This document shows, one piece after another, positions 17,271 through 30,854 of a stretch of DNA of 64,000 bases. The position numbers were made by a program, and so were the translations under genes. The notes under the pieces were generated by a model. It worked only from the letters and a program-made list of their open reading frames with translations. It was not told the DNA's origin and made no database searches. Position 1 is the first letter of the stretch; each line of letters starts with the position of its first letter. The DNA is from Eledone cirrhosa (taxonomy: Eukaryota): positions 97,588,001-97,652,000 of the forward strand of contig OZ024740.1 in NCBI GenBank assembly GCA_964016885.1, in the 5' to 3' direction.

Positions 17271-17841
17271 CATCAGACCAGCTAAATTCTCAATGACCTT
17301 GCTTTCTGCCACCTATACTCGGTCAGAAATACACATATAACAAATCCCCAGTCACACATACACAGTATATACGCCACATGAAGAAAGCTCATGTATGTTT
17401 TTAGTATTCTGGTATTAAATTTTAGGAAATTATTTTTTTTAAAGAGGTTTAACACACAAGCTAGCACACAAACATTTCTATTCATAACAGTCTATACAAC
17501 CATCATACATGGACATGTGTAAAAACATCAATCCTTTTCTCCCAAATTTCTCAACTGGAATTATCTCCCTTTGCAATTTAAAGACGATACATTTATGATA
17601 CATGAGCTTTATACTTAATGTTGAGGATACCTTAAAGGTGTAAACAACTTAAATTACGTATATATTATACATACACATCGATTCAAATCTAGCTACATGG
17701 ATCTCTGTACATATACTGGTATAAAATTATAGTCACCTGATTTTGGTAAGTTGCCCCGCCCCCTCTGTCTTGTTTAATGGAAATCTTTACGAAATATGCG
17801 CATTAATCATAGAGCAAAGGTTTTTTCTTTAAATTTGTCCT

Positions 17842-17929
17842 TGCACCTGATGAGGGGGGCAAGTTTTAGAATGGATACTCCACTATACAGAGGTAGACAT
17901 AACTAGACTCTGAAACCTAAGGTCATGCA
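17842..17929 (+). ncRNA. Degenerate type I hammerhead ribozyme downstream of the PLE remnant
   Basis: TGCAC-CTGATGA-G...(long loop II)...CTCT-GAAAC-CTAAG-GTC-ATGCA. The mismatches fit CpG decay. Confidence 0.55.
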
Positions 17930-18421
17930 TACATATTAAGTGCATGAGGTTTAATATAATCTAAATATGCTCTCTCGTACTAGATTGAAAACTTTCTTAC
18001 ATGATCATTTACCTACGGACATCATGGATGTGAGTGTGTGTGTGTGTGTATGTGTGTGTAGACATCTATGACATACCATAAAATCATATGGAGCAGGCAA
18101 ACAAAACAACGTTATTTCCTGTAATATTTTAGTCATGGGATATGTTGTCTAGTATCTCCATTTAATCAAGTGATATAGTATATTCATCTATTCATCAATT
18201 ACCTGTTTATCTTCTTCCACCCCACTCTTTTTTCCCCTAGCCCCCTCTCTCCTTCTCTCTCTCTCTCTCTCTCTATCTATCTCTCTTTCTCTCTCTCTCT
18301 CTCTGTAACAACATCTGCTCTTTATTTTTCAATTCATAGCAGTATGACTTCCACCTCATCATCTAGCTGCCCTTTTTTTCTCTATTATTCTACATCTAGG
18401 TGCACACATGTTACATATCAG

Positions 18422-18502
<81 letters not shown>

Positions 18503-18976
18503 ATATGTATGTATATGTGTGTGTGTTTGTGTGTACATAGATATAGGTATACATATGTCTGTATCCATGCATCTGTGTGTGTATATAGTTATACAAACAT
18601 ATTAAATGAAAATTGTTGGCAGAATATTTTTTTTTCTCAATGCATGGGTATATATGTGTATGTTCATGTGTAAATCCGTATAAGTTAGAACATATATATA
18701 TATATATACACAGTCAACTATATATTAAAAAACACAAACAGGAAGCATTTCATTTCGTTCATTGGCAAATATGCTAGTAATGATGCCAGGCTATCCCCAA
18801 TTACTAATGACTAGTTCCAGTAAGGAATAAATCCATTTCTTTATTCAAACAATATTATATTGATTTATGTATAAGTAATCAATATATGTATTGATTACAC
18901 ATACATCAAATGCATCACTGATGATATATACACATATATGATTGTGTGTGAGAGTAAATATAAGTATGCATATATA

Positions 18977-19046
<70 letters not shown>

Positions 19047-19124
19047 GTGTGTCTTTATATATATTTATATATATATATATAAATATATCTAAGTGGACTG
19101 CCTATAACGAAAACCTGTTATCCC

Positions 19125-19183
<59 letters not shown>

Positions 19184-19399
19184 AATATATGTGTGTGCTT
19201 ATGTGTGTGAGTGTGTGTCAGTTTGTATATATATATAACACAAAGTTGTTTTGAGCCCCTCAATAAAATATTAGCTAGGGCCAATTTTGACATGCTGTCA
19301 AGAACAAAGCCACCATAAAAACAATTATTGAGAACTGTAAGCTGGTTATGTTATCAATCAACACCTATGGTCTTCATTACCATTCTCTGAAAAGTACAT

Positions 19400-20003
19400 C
19401 ACTAAGAGCAGCACAATCACCAACACTACAACCATCAACACCACTACCATCACAATGTGCATCACCATTTATCACCAATAGCAATAACTTCATTATGTTG
19501 ATGATCATGGTCATCACCACCATCATGATGACCACCGTCATCATCATCACCAGTACCATTATGGTGATGATCATTACTATGATCACTACAAACAACATCA
19601 TCATCACTACCATCACCAAAACTACTGCCATTAAAGTACCAGTAATACACTGGGGAATTTGCTGGCCTTGTGCCAAAAGTAGAAACAATTATTATTGACA
19701 TTACCACCAACTTCAACATTAACAAAACCCCTGTTTTGCTATCACCTTCTTGTCCTCCTCCACCAACATCCTTACTAATACAAATACCACCATGATTACC
19801 ATTATTATCACCATGTTTTACTGCACCTTTATCACTACTATTATCATATCCAAAAAGAAACCCCATGAATGTCACAATTCCAACCAATACCATCATTGCC
19901 ACCACCACTACCATTATTCTCACCTCTCTACTATGTTCACTATTGTAACCATCATCATTATCACAACCACTTCACTATAATCATCATCATCAATATTATC
20001 ATT
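19400..20003. repeat. Degenerate (CAT/CAC)n trinucleotide low-complexity tract
   Basis: Runs of catcaccatcat; produces spurious Thr/Ile/Met-rich ORFs. Confidence 0.85.
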
Positions 20004-21149
20004 AAATGTGTTGTGTTGATGGCAAACTTGCATTGATCTCCCAGATTGAGTTCTAAAGTAAATATAACCTTAATAGCTTTCTTGCTGTTATAATAAAGAA
20101 AATAACTCATTGGTGTGTCCTATAACTACTAAACATAAAGGAGAAATGTTTGCTGATGTAAAAGGGTACTTTACTGTGTTTATGGTTTAACAGGTTACTT
20201 GACAGTGTGTATCTATAGTATAACATATGGTATTACATTTGTGCATAGATGGTATAATATAGGGTATAACATGGCTTGGTTATTTCAGCACCTTAGCCTC
20301 ACCATCATAATGCTATGAGCATGTTGGCTTGACTTTAAAATGTCTTATGATTTTTATGATATATTGTTGACTGACACACTTAGTGATGAATTAATGCATT
20401 CTTTTCTTTCTTTGATTGTATATTTTGGGGTATTATATGAATAAAGTTCCTTGCGATAATTAATTGATTACATATATGTACTTCTATTTAATCTTACATA
20501 TTTGGGATATGATAATAGATAGTTACCATTAATATAAAAAAGAAACATAGCCTATTAGAAAGAGTGTATCTATGGTATAACAGAGTAGTTACACTATGTA
20601 TGGATGGTATACATATAATACTACACAGTCTATCTATGTTAAAACAGTTAAAGCAGCCATATAGAAGGTCTCTTACTGGCTCACTGAGATTCTCTGTCCA
20701 ATTAATATTTTAATTAATATGCAGTGCTGAATTAGATCCCATCTAGGTAGTAGATAACTAAAAGTCGACTAGTACACTCTCTAGGTAATCATTGCTTTCA
20801 CAATTACTGAAGATGAATATATGAACTACAGTAACTTGAGCTAATAAGAGGAAACTTTATATATTTGTTCTTGCTAGAAATAGCAGCAAATATTACTCAA
20901 ATCACACCTTACTGTCATAAGACATTAAGGACATATTGGAAAATATAGTTTGAGATTCAAGACGGTATAGTCATGGCTGGAATATCTTTGATGACAGGTC
21001 CACTCAATCAATGCCTTACTGAGGCTAAAGAAAACAAAGAAGAACAACTGCAGCAGCTACTGTAATTTGTGTTAAGAAATGATTGTTTAAATTTGCGTTA
21101 TTTGTTTGCAATAGATGATAGCCTTTTATTATAACATTCTTAAAAGACA

Positions 21150-21350
21150 ATAATAATAACGGTTTCTGATTTTGGTGAACAATTTTAGGGAAAGCGAAAG
21201 CTGAATAAATCGACCCCAGTGCAGTACTGGTTCATTATTGTATCATCCCCTTAAGGATGAAAGGCAAAGTTGAAGTCAGAACGTAAAGGGCTGTACCTTG
21301 ATGCTGCAAAGCATGTTGTCTGGCACTCTAATGATACTGCCAATTCACTG
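21150..21350 (-). mobile_element. SINE family A copy, diverged
   Basis: TAAGGATGAAAGGCAAAGT...GATACTGCCAATTCAC. Confidence 0.7.
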
Positions 21351-24300
21351 CTAATAGTAATGTTAATTCTATGAGTTTTAAATATTATTTCAGTGAAAAA
21401 ACGAAAACACTCCTTAAGTGAAGTCATTTATTTTGAGTATATTACTAACAGGTTGTTTTGTATCTCATAATCGCAATGTTGTGGGCTCAATTCCCAGACA
21501 ATGTGGCATATTGTATTCTTAAGCAAAACATTTCATTTCATGTGGCTCCAGTTAACCTAGCTGAAAACAAGCATCACCAGATTAAACTTAAGAAAATTTA
21601 AGAATATGTTTAACCCTATGATGAACTGGTCTCCTATTCAGAAGAAAAGTTGTGCCCTCTCGTTTGCTTAATGTCAATAACCAGAATATGTGCCAGCCTG
21701 AAGAGCCACTATGCTCAAGACAGACTTTAATTTTCATCTTTATTTATTATGGCAGCAGAGCAACCTTAAATTGAACCTTAAATTGAACCTAATTTTTCTG
21801 TTAATATTTTAAACCCATTTTCCTATTAAGACAAGAATAGCATGTTGATGTAAGGTGGCTGGCCCTGAGCATGCAAACTATTTATTAAAGACATCTCAGT
21901 GATGACTAGCCAATATATTCTAGTATAGTTTATCTCAGACTATATTATCAAAGATTGCAATTGCAAATTGGCAGAATCATTAGTGTCATATAGAATATCT
22001 CATGCTAAGTATTCTAACACTCTAATCTCTGAGTGCAAATACCATCATAGTCAACTTGGCCTTTCTTCCCTCCGGGGTAAAATCCATAAATACCAGCCCA
22101 TGACAGTGGACTGGCAGAATAGCTAGAGCATCAGAAGCTTTGTATCTCTTCTGACACTTTGTGTTGTAAGTTAAAATTCCACAGGGATTAAAATCCTTCA
22201 ATATCTAGGGTTAATAACCATTATTGTGCTGCAACAGATTATAAAGCTTACAATGATTGGAGGAGGATTGTGGCCATCTGCTACATTATTGTATAATGAT
22301 GTTGTGTAAAATAATTAAATTACTACTAACAGAATGACAGTGATTGGATTTTTTAAATACATTATCAGATGTGTCTTTTTTTTTCTTTTCAAAAGTTATT
22401 TGTAAGATGTTTAGCTGGAAATTTTAAAATCTTCAACAACTACATAGATGAATTCTCATTATATCAATTTTAGAATACTTTATTTTTTAGAAATAACTCA
22501 TGTTTTACATTATAAATTCTGTTAATGCTGACTGTCTATAAAGCAAAGATACACAGTTCTATATACTTCAAAAATATTCTCATTAATAGTGTGTGATGTG
22601 GCCTAGATGTTATGGTCACATACATGAGTATTTGTTCATGAAACATATATACATACCCTATTTTATACTGATAGATTTATTGCCATCTGTGGGGATAGAT
22701 GCTTCAATTAAAAGACAATTATTTTCTTTTGGTGGTCAACTATAATATTTGATTGGTTAACTTTGATCTTCGTGTCTGTGTGTTTTGGCATATCCGAAAG
22801 TATGGTTGATTTATCATATACTGACAACTTTTCTGATGTATGTCTGTACCAACTTTAATCTGTTGTAGAGCCTCCAGCATATGTAAATCCAAACTCTATC
22901 ATATCTTTGGATGTTTCATTTTTTAGGTAAGACTGTGCAGCCAGAGACCATGTGGTTAATTATTTCTTACCCACATCCATGTGCTCAGCAGTTATTTACA
23001 GTGGTCTGTGTTTTATGGTTTCTGAGGAGATGCTTTGATATTGTGTTGCCTGCCATTAGAATCCTTCAGTTTTGGCATTTAACCTAGTGCTTTGTAATCA
23101 GTTTTGTGACTTTAGCTTGTCCACTTCCTCCCTATTCATCTTTCCCAGGAACTGGCCATGTAGGAGGTTTCTTGATATCAATTTAACATGGCATCCTGGA
23201 AATCTGTTTTCCATTTAGTTTTTATCTTTTTCACAATTCTGTTCTTGTTTCTTCTTTGTTTTCATTTCCCTCATAATTATCTGTCAATTCAGCTTCTGCT
23301 TTGAATTTGTTTGGCTTCCTTGAAGACAGAAAACAATTTTGTTTCTTGTTCGTGTTTCGTAGCTATTTGTATTAAGTCTTTGTTATTCTTCATTAGTGAT
23401 TTAACTGTGTTTTGTTAACATGAATTGAGTCACAATGTCTATGAGGTTAAAATGTTGAACTACTGAAAGTTCAGATCTAATTATTTCCAGTGTTGTGCCC
23501 TTGAATATAATAACTAATTTAATTGCTCTGATTTCCATGACTGAACAAAAAGCAGGTTACACTTCTTTAAATGGAAGAGTGAAACCTGTATATCGGTTAG
23601 CTGCTCTTCTTAAACTAACCATTTAAACTTAAAGGATAAATGTATAGTTGTAAGAAGAATATATTTTGAGCAAACAGGAGGGAAGCAGTACATAGTCATT
23701 CAACATACAGTATATGGTAGCCAAATATCACTCAAATCAGTGGTAACAATCTCTCAGGAGAGCTGGCTAGCAAAAGGTCTTCAGAGAAGAAAATCCTCTC
23801 AAGCAAAAAGATGAAAGGACATATTATTATATAACAAATCCGTGGTATGTATTGACGGTGAGAATTTGGTTGTTCAATCAACTGAATGTTCAATCTGTGA
23901 ACTTACATGTAGTTATTCCAGTATTCCATAGACATATATACCCTGAAAATAATTCCCAAAACTGAATCAGCATGAAACAATATGTCAGAAGGCTGGACCT
24001 TTGAATCTCAGGTACAAATCATCTGATAGGCTTCCGAAAGTTTTCTATCTACTCAGTTTTATTCATAAGTCATGAATTAACCAAATGGCTATGGGAAAGA
24101 CGTTTGCCTAAGATGTCACATAACATAATCCAACCCAGGAGCACAGGATTGTGAAACAAACAACTTAACCACTCAACTATGCGTGTAATTGTCAATATGT
24201 ATTATATAATGTAATTCTAGATTCACAAAAATGGCTAGAAAAAACGACAAGGTTGCTCAAACCTGGGGTTAAAATTAGCAACATTAACAATCATTTACAT

Positions 24301-24898
24301 AGAACTATATGGAAAGAAAGAAATACAGGCAACCAAAACATATAACATGACTTGTTCAATTGTTGAATACTATTTAAGGAGAATAAATTCATCATTAAGG
24401 ACTTCAGTAGAGTTGAAATATGAGTGATATATTGTAGGTCATGACATGATTTGAACTTTACCATTGTAATAGCTTACCTGAATATTTTTTCCAATATAAG
24501 TGACTGTTTGCATGAGTGAAAACATCAACATATTCGGGGAAAGTGAAAGTTATAGTGATCGAAATTTTGCCAACGAAAGTTGTTATCAGCATCAAGTGTG
24601 CAGAATTAGACATGATAATAGTTCTGATTTTGACAAGTAAAGTTTGATAATGACATACATTGTTGCATCTTGAACATCATAACAAATAAATTAAAAAGTA
24701 GGTGAATTTGATCACAACTAAATGGATAGTGTATGGGTACACGTTTATATATATATACATATATATGTGTTTATATATGTGTTATACATACATGCACATA
24801 TATATATACACATACATGTATATATACATGTATATATACATGTATAATTATTTTAAAATTTGTGTATGTATGCATATGTGTTTGTGTGTATATATAAT

Positions 24899-25612
24899 GG
24901 AGGCACATGGCTTAGTGGTTAGAGCATTGGCCTTGCAATCGAAAGGTTGTGAGTTCAATTCTCAGACCGGGTGATGTGTGTTTCCTTGAGCAAGACACTT
25001 TATTTCACATTGCTCCAGTTTACTCAGCTGTAGAAATGAGATGATAGGGACTGAGGTCCTTATCATTCCACTGTAAAGTGGTCGTGCAGGTGCCGCGGCA
25101 AAAAAGCACCCAGCACTCACTGTAAATGAGGTTGGTGTTAGGAAGGGCATCCAGCTGTAGAAATCAAGCCAGCATCAGTTCCCGTCCCACCCTTGCAAGC
25201 AGGGAAAAAGCGGACGTAAAATGAAATGATGATGATGATGATGATTATATATATATATATATATGGAGGCACATGGCTTAGTGGTTAGAGCATTGGCCTT
25301 GCAATCAAAGGGTTGTGAGTTCAATTCTCAGACCGGGTGATGTGTGTTTCCTTGAGCAAGACACTTTATTTCACATTGCTCCAGTTTACTCAGCTGTAGA
25401 AATGAGATGATAGGGACTGGGGTCCATATCATTCCACTGCAAAGTGGTCGTGCAGGTGCCATGGCAAAAAAAGCACCCACCACTCACTGTAAATGAGGTT
25501 GGTGTTAGGAAGGGCATCCAGCTGTAGAAACCAAGCCAAAATCAGTTCCCGTCCCACCCTTGCAAGCAGGGAAAAAGCGGATGTAAAATGAAATGATGAT
25601 GAAAATGATGAT
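24899..25612 (+). mobile_element. Two head-to-tail full-length SINE family B copies (24899-25244, 25265-25612)
   Basis: Near-identical ~345-bp units with tRNA-like A/B boxes, CORE-like CCTTGAGCAAGACACTT and an RTE-type (ATG)n tail, separated by a short (TA)n. Confidence 0.92.
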
Positions 25613-26281
25613 AGGTACACCAAGGAGAAAAAAGTGAAATAAGTCTGAAATAAAAGTACCAGTGAAATGGTAGACAAATCAATGGAAATAAGTTTGTTTA
25701 CTACAGCATTTCTGAAATATTCAAATAAGTCTCATTATATAAAAAAACATACATAAAAAAGATAAAAAATAAAATAATAAAACGACATAAAGCATCAGAA
25801 TGATTAACACATAGTTTTTTGGTGGTGAAGTATTCAACTGTTTTCTCATCACCTCACCGGATCTTGACGTATATATCAACTTTAATGATTTATATCCTCC
25901 CCTACTGTCTGATACTCTTAATAATATCACTGCCAAATGATACTTTGGTATATATTTACTATCATTCATTATCACATTGTTTTGCTTTTTTTTTGTTTGT
26001 TTGTTTTTTTTGTTTTAGTTTTAGTTCTTTATTTTCCATCATTTTTCACTTTTTATTTATGCATTTTTGTATTCTTTATATTTTTATTCTTATCATATTT
26101 TATATTTTATTCTTTTCTTGCATTGTTACTTAAAGAGAAATAAATATTTACTGAATCTATCAACATCGATGCCGGATCTTGTAGGTTTATTTTATTTATT
26201 TATTTTTTATTTTATTTTATTATTGTTTTATTTTTAATTATTTATTTATTTTTTGCATAACTTATTTTAGTTTATTTTCAG

Positions 26282-26290
26282 GTTCAGCAG
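26282..26290 (+). other. Candidate 9-nt microexon GTTCAGCAG
   Basis: A long T-rich tract ending TTTTCAG precedes GTTCAGCAG, followed by GTAAAA. The length is frame-preserving. Confidence 0.3.
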
Positions 26291-27912
26291 GTAAAAGGTA
26301 TATTAATTAGTCTACCTTGCAAATTTTGCCATGCGGAAGTTGCATCATTGATTATTTATGAAGCTCTAGCCCACTGAGAGATGAACTATTTACTACAATA
26401 ATTATGGACCCTTAACTATCTATGTCTATTGCTCAATAGACAAAATGATGATAAACTACTGTCTGTAAGCCTATCTATCTTTCTATCTATCAATAATTTG
26501 CTATTTTTATTAAGATTACACACAGCTGACTACATGATATTTTGCACAAACATATTATTTGTGATAATTTTATTTTTATTTTTATACTCCCTCTCACTTA
26601 CATGACAGATTCATTTCCTCTATCAAATTCTATGGTAAGTTTTCAGTTGTTTAATTAACTAAATATCAAATCCATGAATTATAGATGGGTGGTTGAGTAT
26701 CTCACAGATAAGTGTACCCATAACATAATTCCTAAGTTGAATCTACATGACACCATAGATGATAAAGGACAGCCTTTGAATTATAGGTAAAATCCATCCA
26801 ATGGGCTTTTACAAAGTTTTCAGAGATTCCATTTCACACAACTCTTGGGTCAATCTGAGGCTATGGTAGGACACTTGCACAAGATGCAATACAATGAGAC
26901 CAAATCTGGGACCCAAACTGCTAAAACTAATACACAAACGTCCCTCAAATGACACTTAACCATCGAAAAAATGAAATATAGAATAAGTTATTTCTAGATG
27001 CATTATGCACGAAGACAAGTCTTATAGGAAACTCATATCTGGAATGTATTTCCCCTTTAGACAGCATAGTAGAATTTTACTCAGTTAAACCTTATCAAAT
27101 GATGGTATTCATTTCCTCCAACTGAATGTGCTTGACTAAGAAGGGTTGTATTTATTGCAAGGTTTATTCCCAGCTGCTGGTATGCATTTCCAGCCGAGCT
27201 GAATGGAGCAATGTGAAATGGAGTGCATTGCTCAAGAACACAATGTGTTGCTTGTTCGAGAAATCAAATCTAAGATTATAATTGTAAGGCTGCATGCCTT
27301 CATTTTATTACTATAAAGATTATTTATCATTTGAGGAGTTGATAACACAATAGAGTAGGAAAGTCAAGAATATGATGAATCACATAATATTACACCCATA
27401 GTGAGAAAAACTCGTGGGGGTTAATGGTAATTCTTATCCCGGAAGGCAAGTGAGACCAATTCAAAATTGTAGACACTTGCCCAAGGTACAATGCACTGGG
27501 ACTGAACCTGAAAGTGTGCAATTTTGAAGCAAACTTTTTAAACACACAAATTTCATTAGAAGCTGATAGTGTAACACATTTTTGTTTAGAGTTGTTAAAT
27601 GTATTTAATTTGAAACCTAAGTAAGATATGCAGTCTTATGAGATATTCATGCAATATCAATTTCTTATTTTAAGCATAATAATTAAGATGGAAATACCTA
27701 AATGCCTTGAAAGAAAAAGAAATAGATGCTGAAAGAGTATTGAGAGAATTTGGTGTGAATTCATGTAGAAGGTTGCTATTTTGTAATCACATCCAACCCA
27801 TTCCATAAAGAAAAATTGGCACAAAAACCAATGGTGAAGATAATAAAACACCACCATTGGAATATTGACCAAATTAGTCATTCATACATGCACACTCACT
27901 CCACATTTATAT

Positions 27913-28763
27913 ATCATCATCATCATCATCATCACCGTTTAACGTCCATCTTCCACACTAGCATGGGTTTGGACGGGAATTTTCCCACTTGAGGCAAGAT
28001 TGGTTGTCTTGCTCGTATAGGACTGTCTGGCGGGTTTTCTATGGCTGGATGCCCTTCCTAACACCAACCACGTTTACAGTCTGGACTGGGAGGTTTTTAA
28101 CGTGGTACCTACATGGCCACATTACAGAGTGGACTGTGTGTTTTTTTGTCGTGACACCTACATAACCTCATTTATTTAGGACTCGATGTTGTGGTACCAA
28201 CATAACTTTTCATCGAAAGGGGTGGTGTGGATGGGGTGGGGGTAGTGGGACGGGGGTGTATTTTGGTAAGAGGTGCCTACTGACAGTAGGTTTTGCTTTG
28301 CACTTAGGCAAGGTGGGTCTTCTGTATTACTGCGTAGCGCCAAAGATCTTGGTCCAGTGACATTGTCTTGGAGAGGTGTAAGTGTGTGAGGTCGGAATTT
28401 ATCAAGTCGTCCCAGGTTTCTCTGGGTCTGCCTACTCCATGGCTACCATCTATTTTGATTGCCCTGCACTTTTTTATACAGCTGTCGTCTTTCATGCGCA
28501 TCATGTGACCATACCAACGTAGTCTTCTCTCGAGTAAATAACATCTGATCCCTCTTATTCCTAATTTCTCACTTAGTTCATTTATGCTCTGCCGTTCACG
28601 TATATTACTATTACACATCCAACGGAGCATGCAAGCTTCGTTCCTCTCCAGTCTGCGTAGATCCTTTGCACACAATGCCCAAGTCTGACTGCCATGTAAC
28701 ATTGATGTTCGTATGCAGGCATCATACAGCCTGTCTTTCATTTTTAGAAAGAAACCTTTAGTG

Positions 28764-28768
<5 letters not shown>
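27913..28768 (-). mobile_element. RTE LINE 3' fragment (second subfamily) with 3' UTR and (ATG)n tail
   Basis: ORF 28304..28864 reads RLYDACIRTSMLHGSQTW...RRLRWYGHMMRM...GRPRETW. The tail appears as catcatcat at 27915. Confidence 0.9.
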
Positions 28769-28807
<39 letters not shown>

Positions 28808-30795
28808 GACACGCATAAATGAATACATGCATATGTGCATGTATGTCTTTTTCTTTGTATGCATAGTATTTGTTTGTTTTCATGACAAACTCCAAAGTGC
28901 TTAATATACAGCTGTGTTTGAGGTGTGTAGAATCTGGTATATTTTTTTGTTGGTAAATCATATCCTGCTTACTAGCTGAAGGGAACTAAACAATGCATTG
29001 GATGTGTGGAGGACATGTCAAAACATTAGGTGAGACCTGGTCATCCACAACATCTTAGTAAATATCCAGGCTTAATATTTTCTGCGTTTGAGAGAATGAC
29101 ATTTCTGTTCAACAGCTTCTGTTCACACTGCTTTTTTTATTTAGGTATTAATTCTCCTTAATGGAAATAACAACATGAGACTAATGTGATGGGGAAAGAG
29201 CAAAGTGACAGCTGGCCTTTACAATAGGAAGTTATATTTCTAAATTGAAATATGAGTCCTTGAATCAATAGTCGCTCTCCTTTAAACCTTTTGATACCAA
29301 ACCATTTTAAATCACCCTTGTTCCTATAACACAAAAGCTGTTTAAACCCTTCTATAAAAATTCTTTATAAAGTTATTTTTGTAAAGTTATTTTCAATCAC
29401 TGGCTTAATTATGATCAAGTTACTTTACAAAATCCTTCAAAATTATTTGATCATCATAGACACTGAGCTATATTATTAGATATATAAAAAATACTAATTA
29501 TGTGGTAGAAATGGAGTTGGACAGCATTCTTGGCAACTGTGCAGCCTTATCTAGGGATAATGCTGTTGTCCCTAAATAATGAGAGGACTATAAAATGTGT
29601 CAACCATATCTGCTCTAGACTAATGTGCCAACAAATTACAGCTGGCAATTAACCCTTTCAGTACTTTTTTGGAAAAATAAACACACTGTTTTGGATAAAA
29701 ATGAAACATCAATGAGCTCCCAAAGGAGACCAAACTTCATAAAAAGGAATTTGCCTACAAAAGAATTGACATTGCTGATTTTAGTGAGACATCATTATCT
29801 GATGAAGGCGAATGTGGGGGAAACCCAAACTATAGTTAGGATACATGGTGTTGTATTTGCCATTTATAACAGCCACCTTTAACTGTTGCTTCAACTTCTT
29901 ATTTGTTATATGCACTTGATGAAGATATGATTCTTCAATTTTGCCTCCCAGCACATCACCATTATCATTATTTATACACGAAACCCCAACAGAAAAACTT
30001 TGAAAATAAAGCTTCCTAGAGAGTCTTGATTATATTTTAAAGCCAACCTCTACATGTGATACTTGGTGGATTTCCATGCAAGAGTTGAATACCACCCCTA
30101 GAGCCGGAAATGCTTAATAATTATTCATAGGCTCTGAGAAGATTAATAAAAACATGCTACTTCTATTAACTACATGTGCCGAATTTCTCTTCATATGAAA
30201 ATGACTTGATCATCAGCAACACATATGAAATGTTGTAGTTAACAAATATAAGATAACATTGTCATTCCAGATATAAGTAGTAGCATCTCGTAGACTATGA
30301 TATTTGGATTACCTGGATCATATGAGTAGTGAATTGGTGAGCATATAACAGGTTGGTTCAATAATTCCTTGTACTTTAAAGTGTCCTATTGCTTTGCAAG
30401 TATTCAAAGCTTGATTGTTTCTTGTGTATTGCAATCCTCTGTGGGAACGCCTTCTCCATCCTGTCTGCCGGGGCTGTGGGGTGGGCATTGTGTAACATTC
30501 CATATTTAGGTATCCAGATTAATGGTTTTTGTCCAAAGTCTACAAGTGTTGAAAATGTATGTGTGTATTTTTGAGAAATCATGTTTTGAAAGTCTAAACT
30601 GAATGCAGTAGATATAAAGAAGATATATTATATTCACCTGGCAACATGATGACTGTGAACAGAAACACATACAAACAAATGGTAACTGAGTGTGGCCCGA
30701 ACAATTTTCAGGGCACCAGCACTAATCATAGCATTGATCACCAGCATTGATCAGCACTACTTGTGGAAACAGCTTTATTATACACACACACACAA

Positions 30796-30854
<59 letters not shown>

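Noticed and set aside
19348-19980. Thr/Ile/His-rich and hydrophobic ORFs (also 32864..33504)
   Set aside because: They derive from degenerate trinucleotide repeats.
24899-24975. tRNA gene
   Set aside because: The A/B boxes belong to SINE heads that continue into SINE body and tail; no complete cloverleaf is evident.
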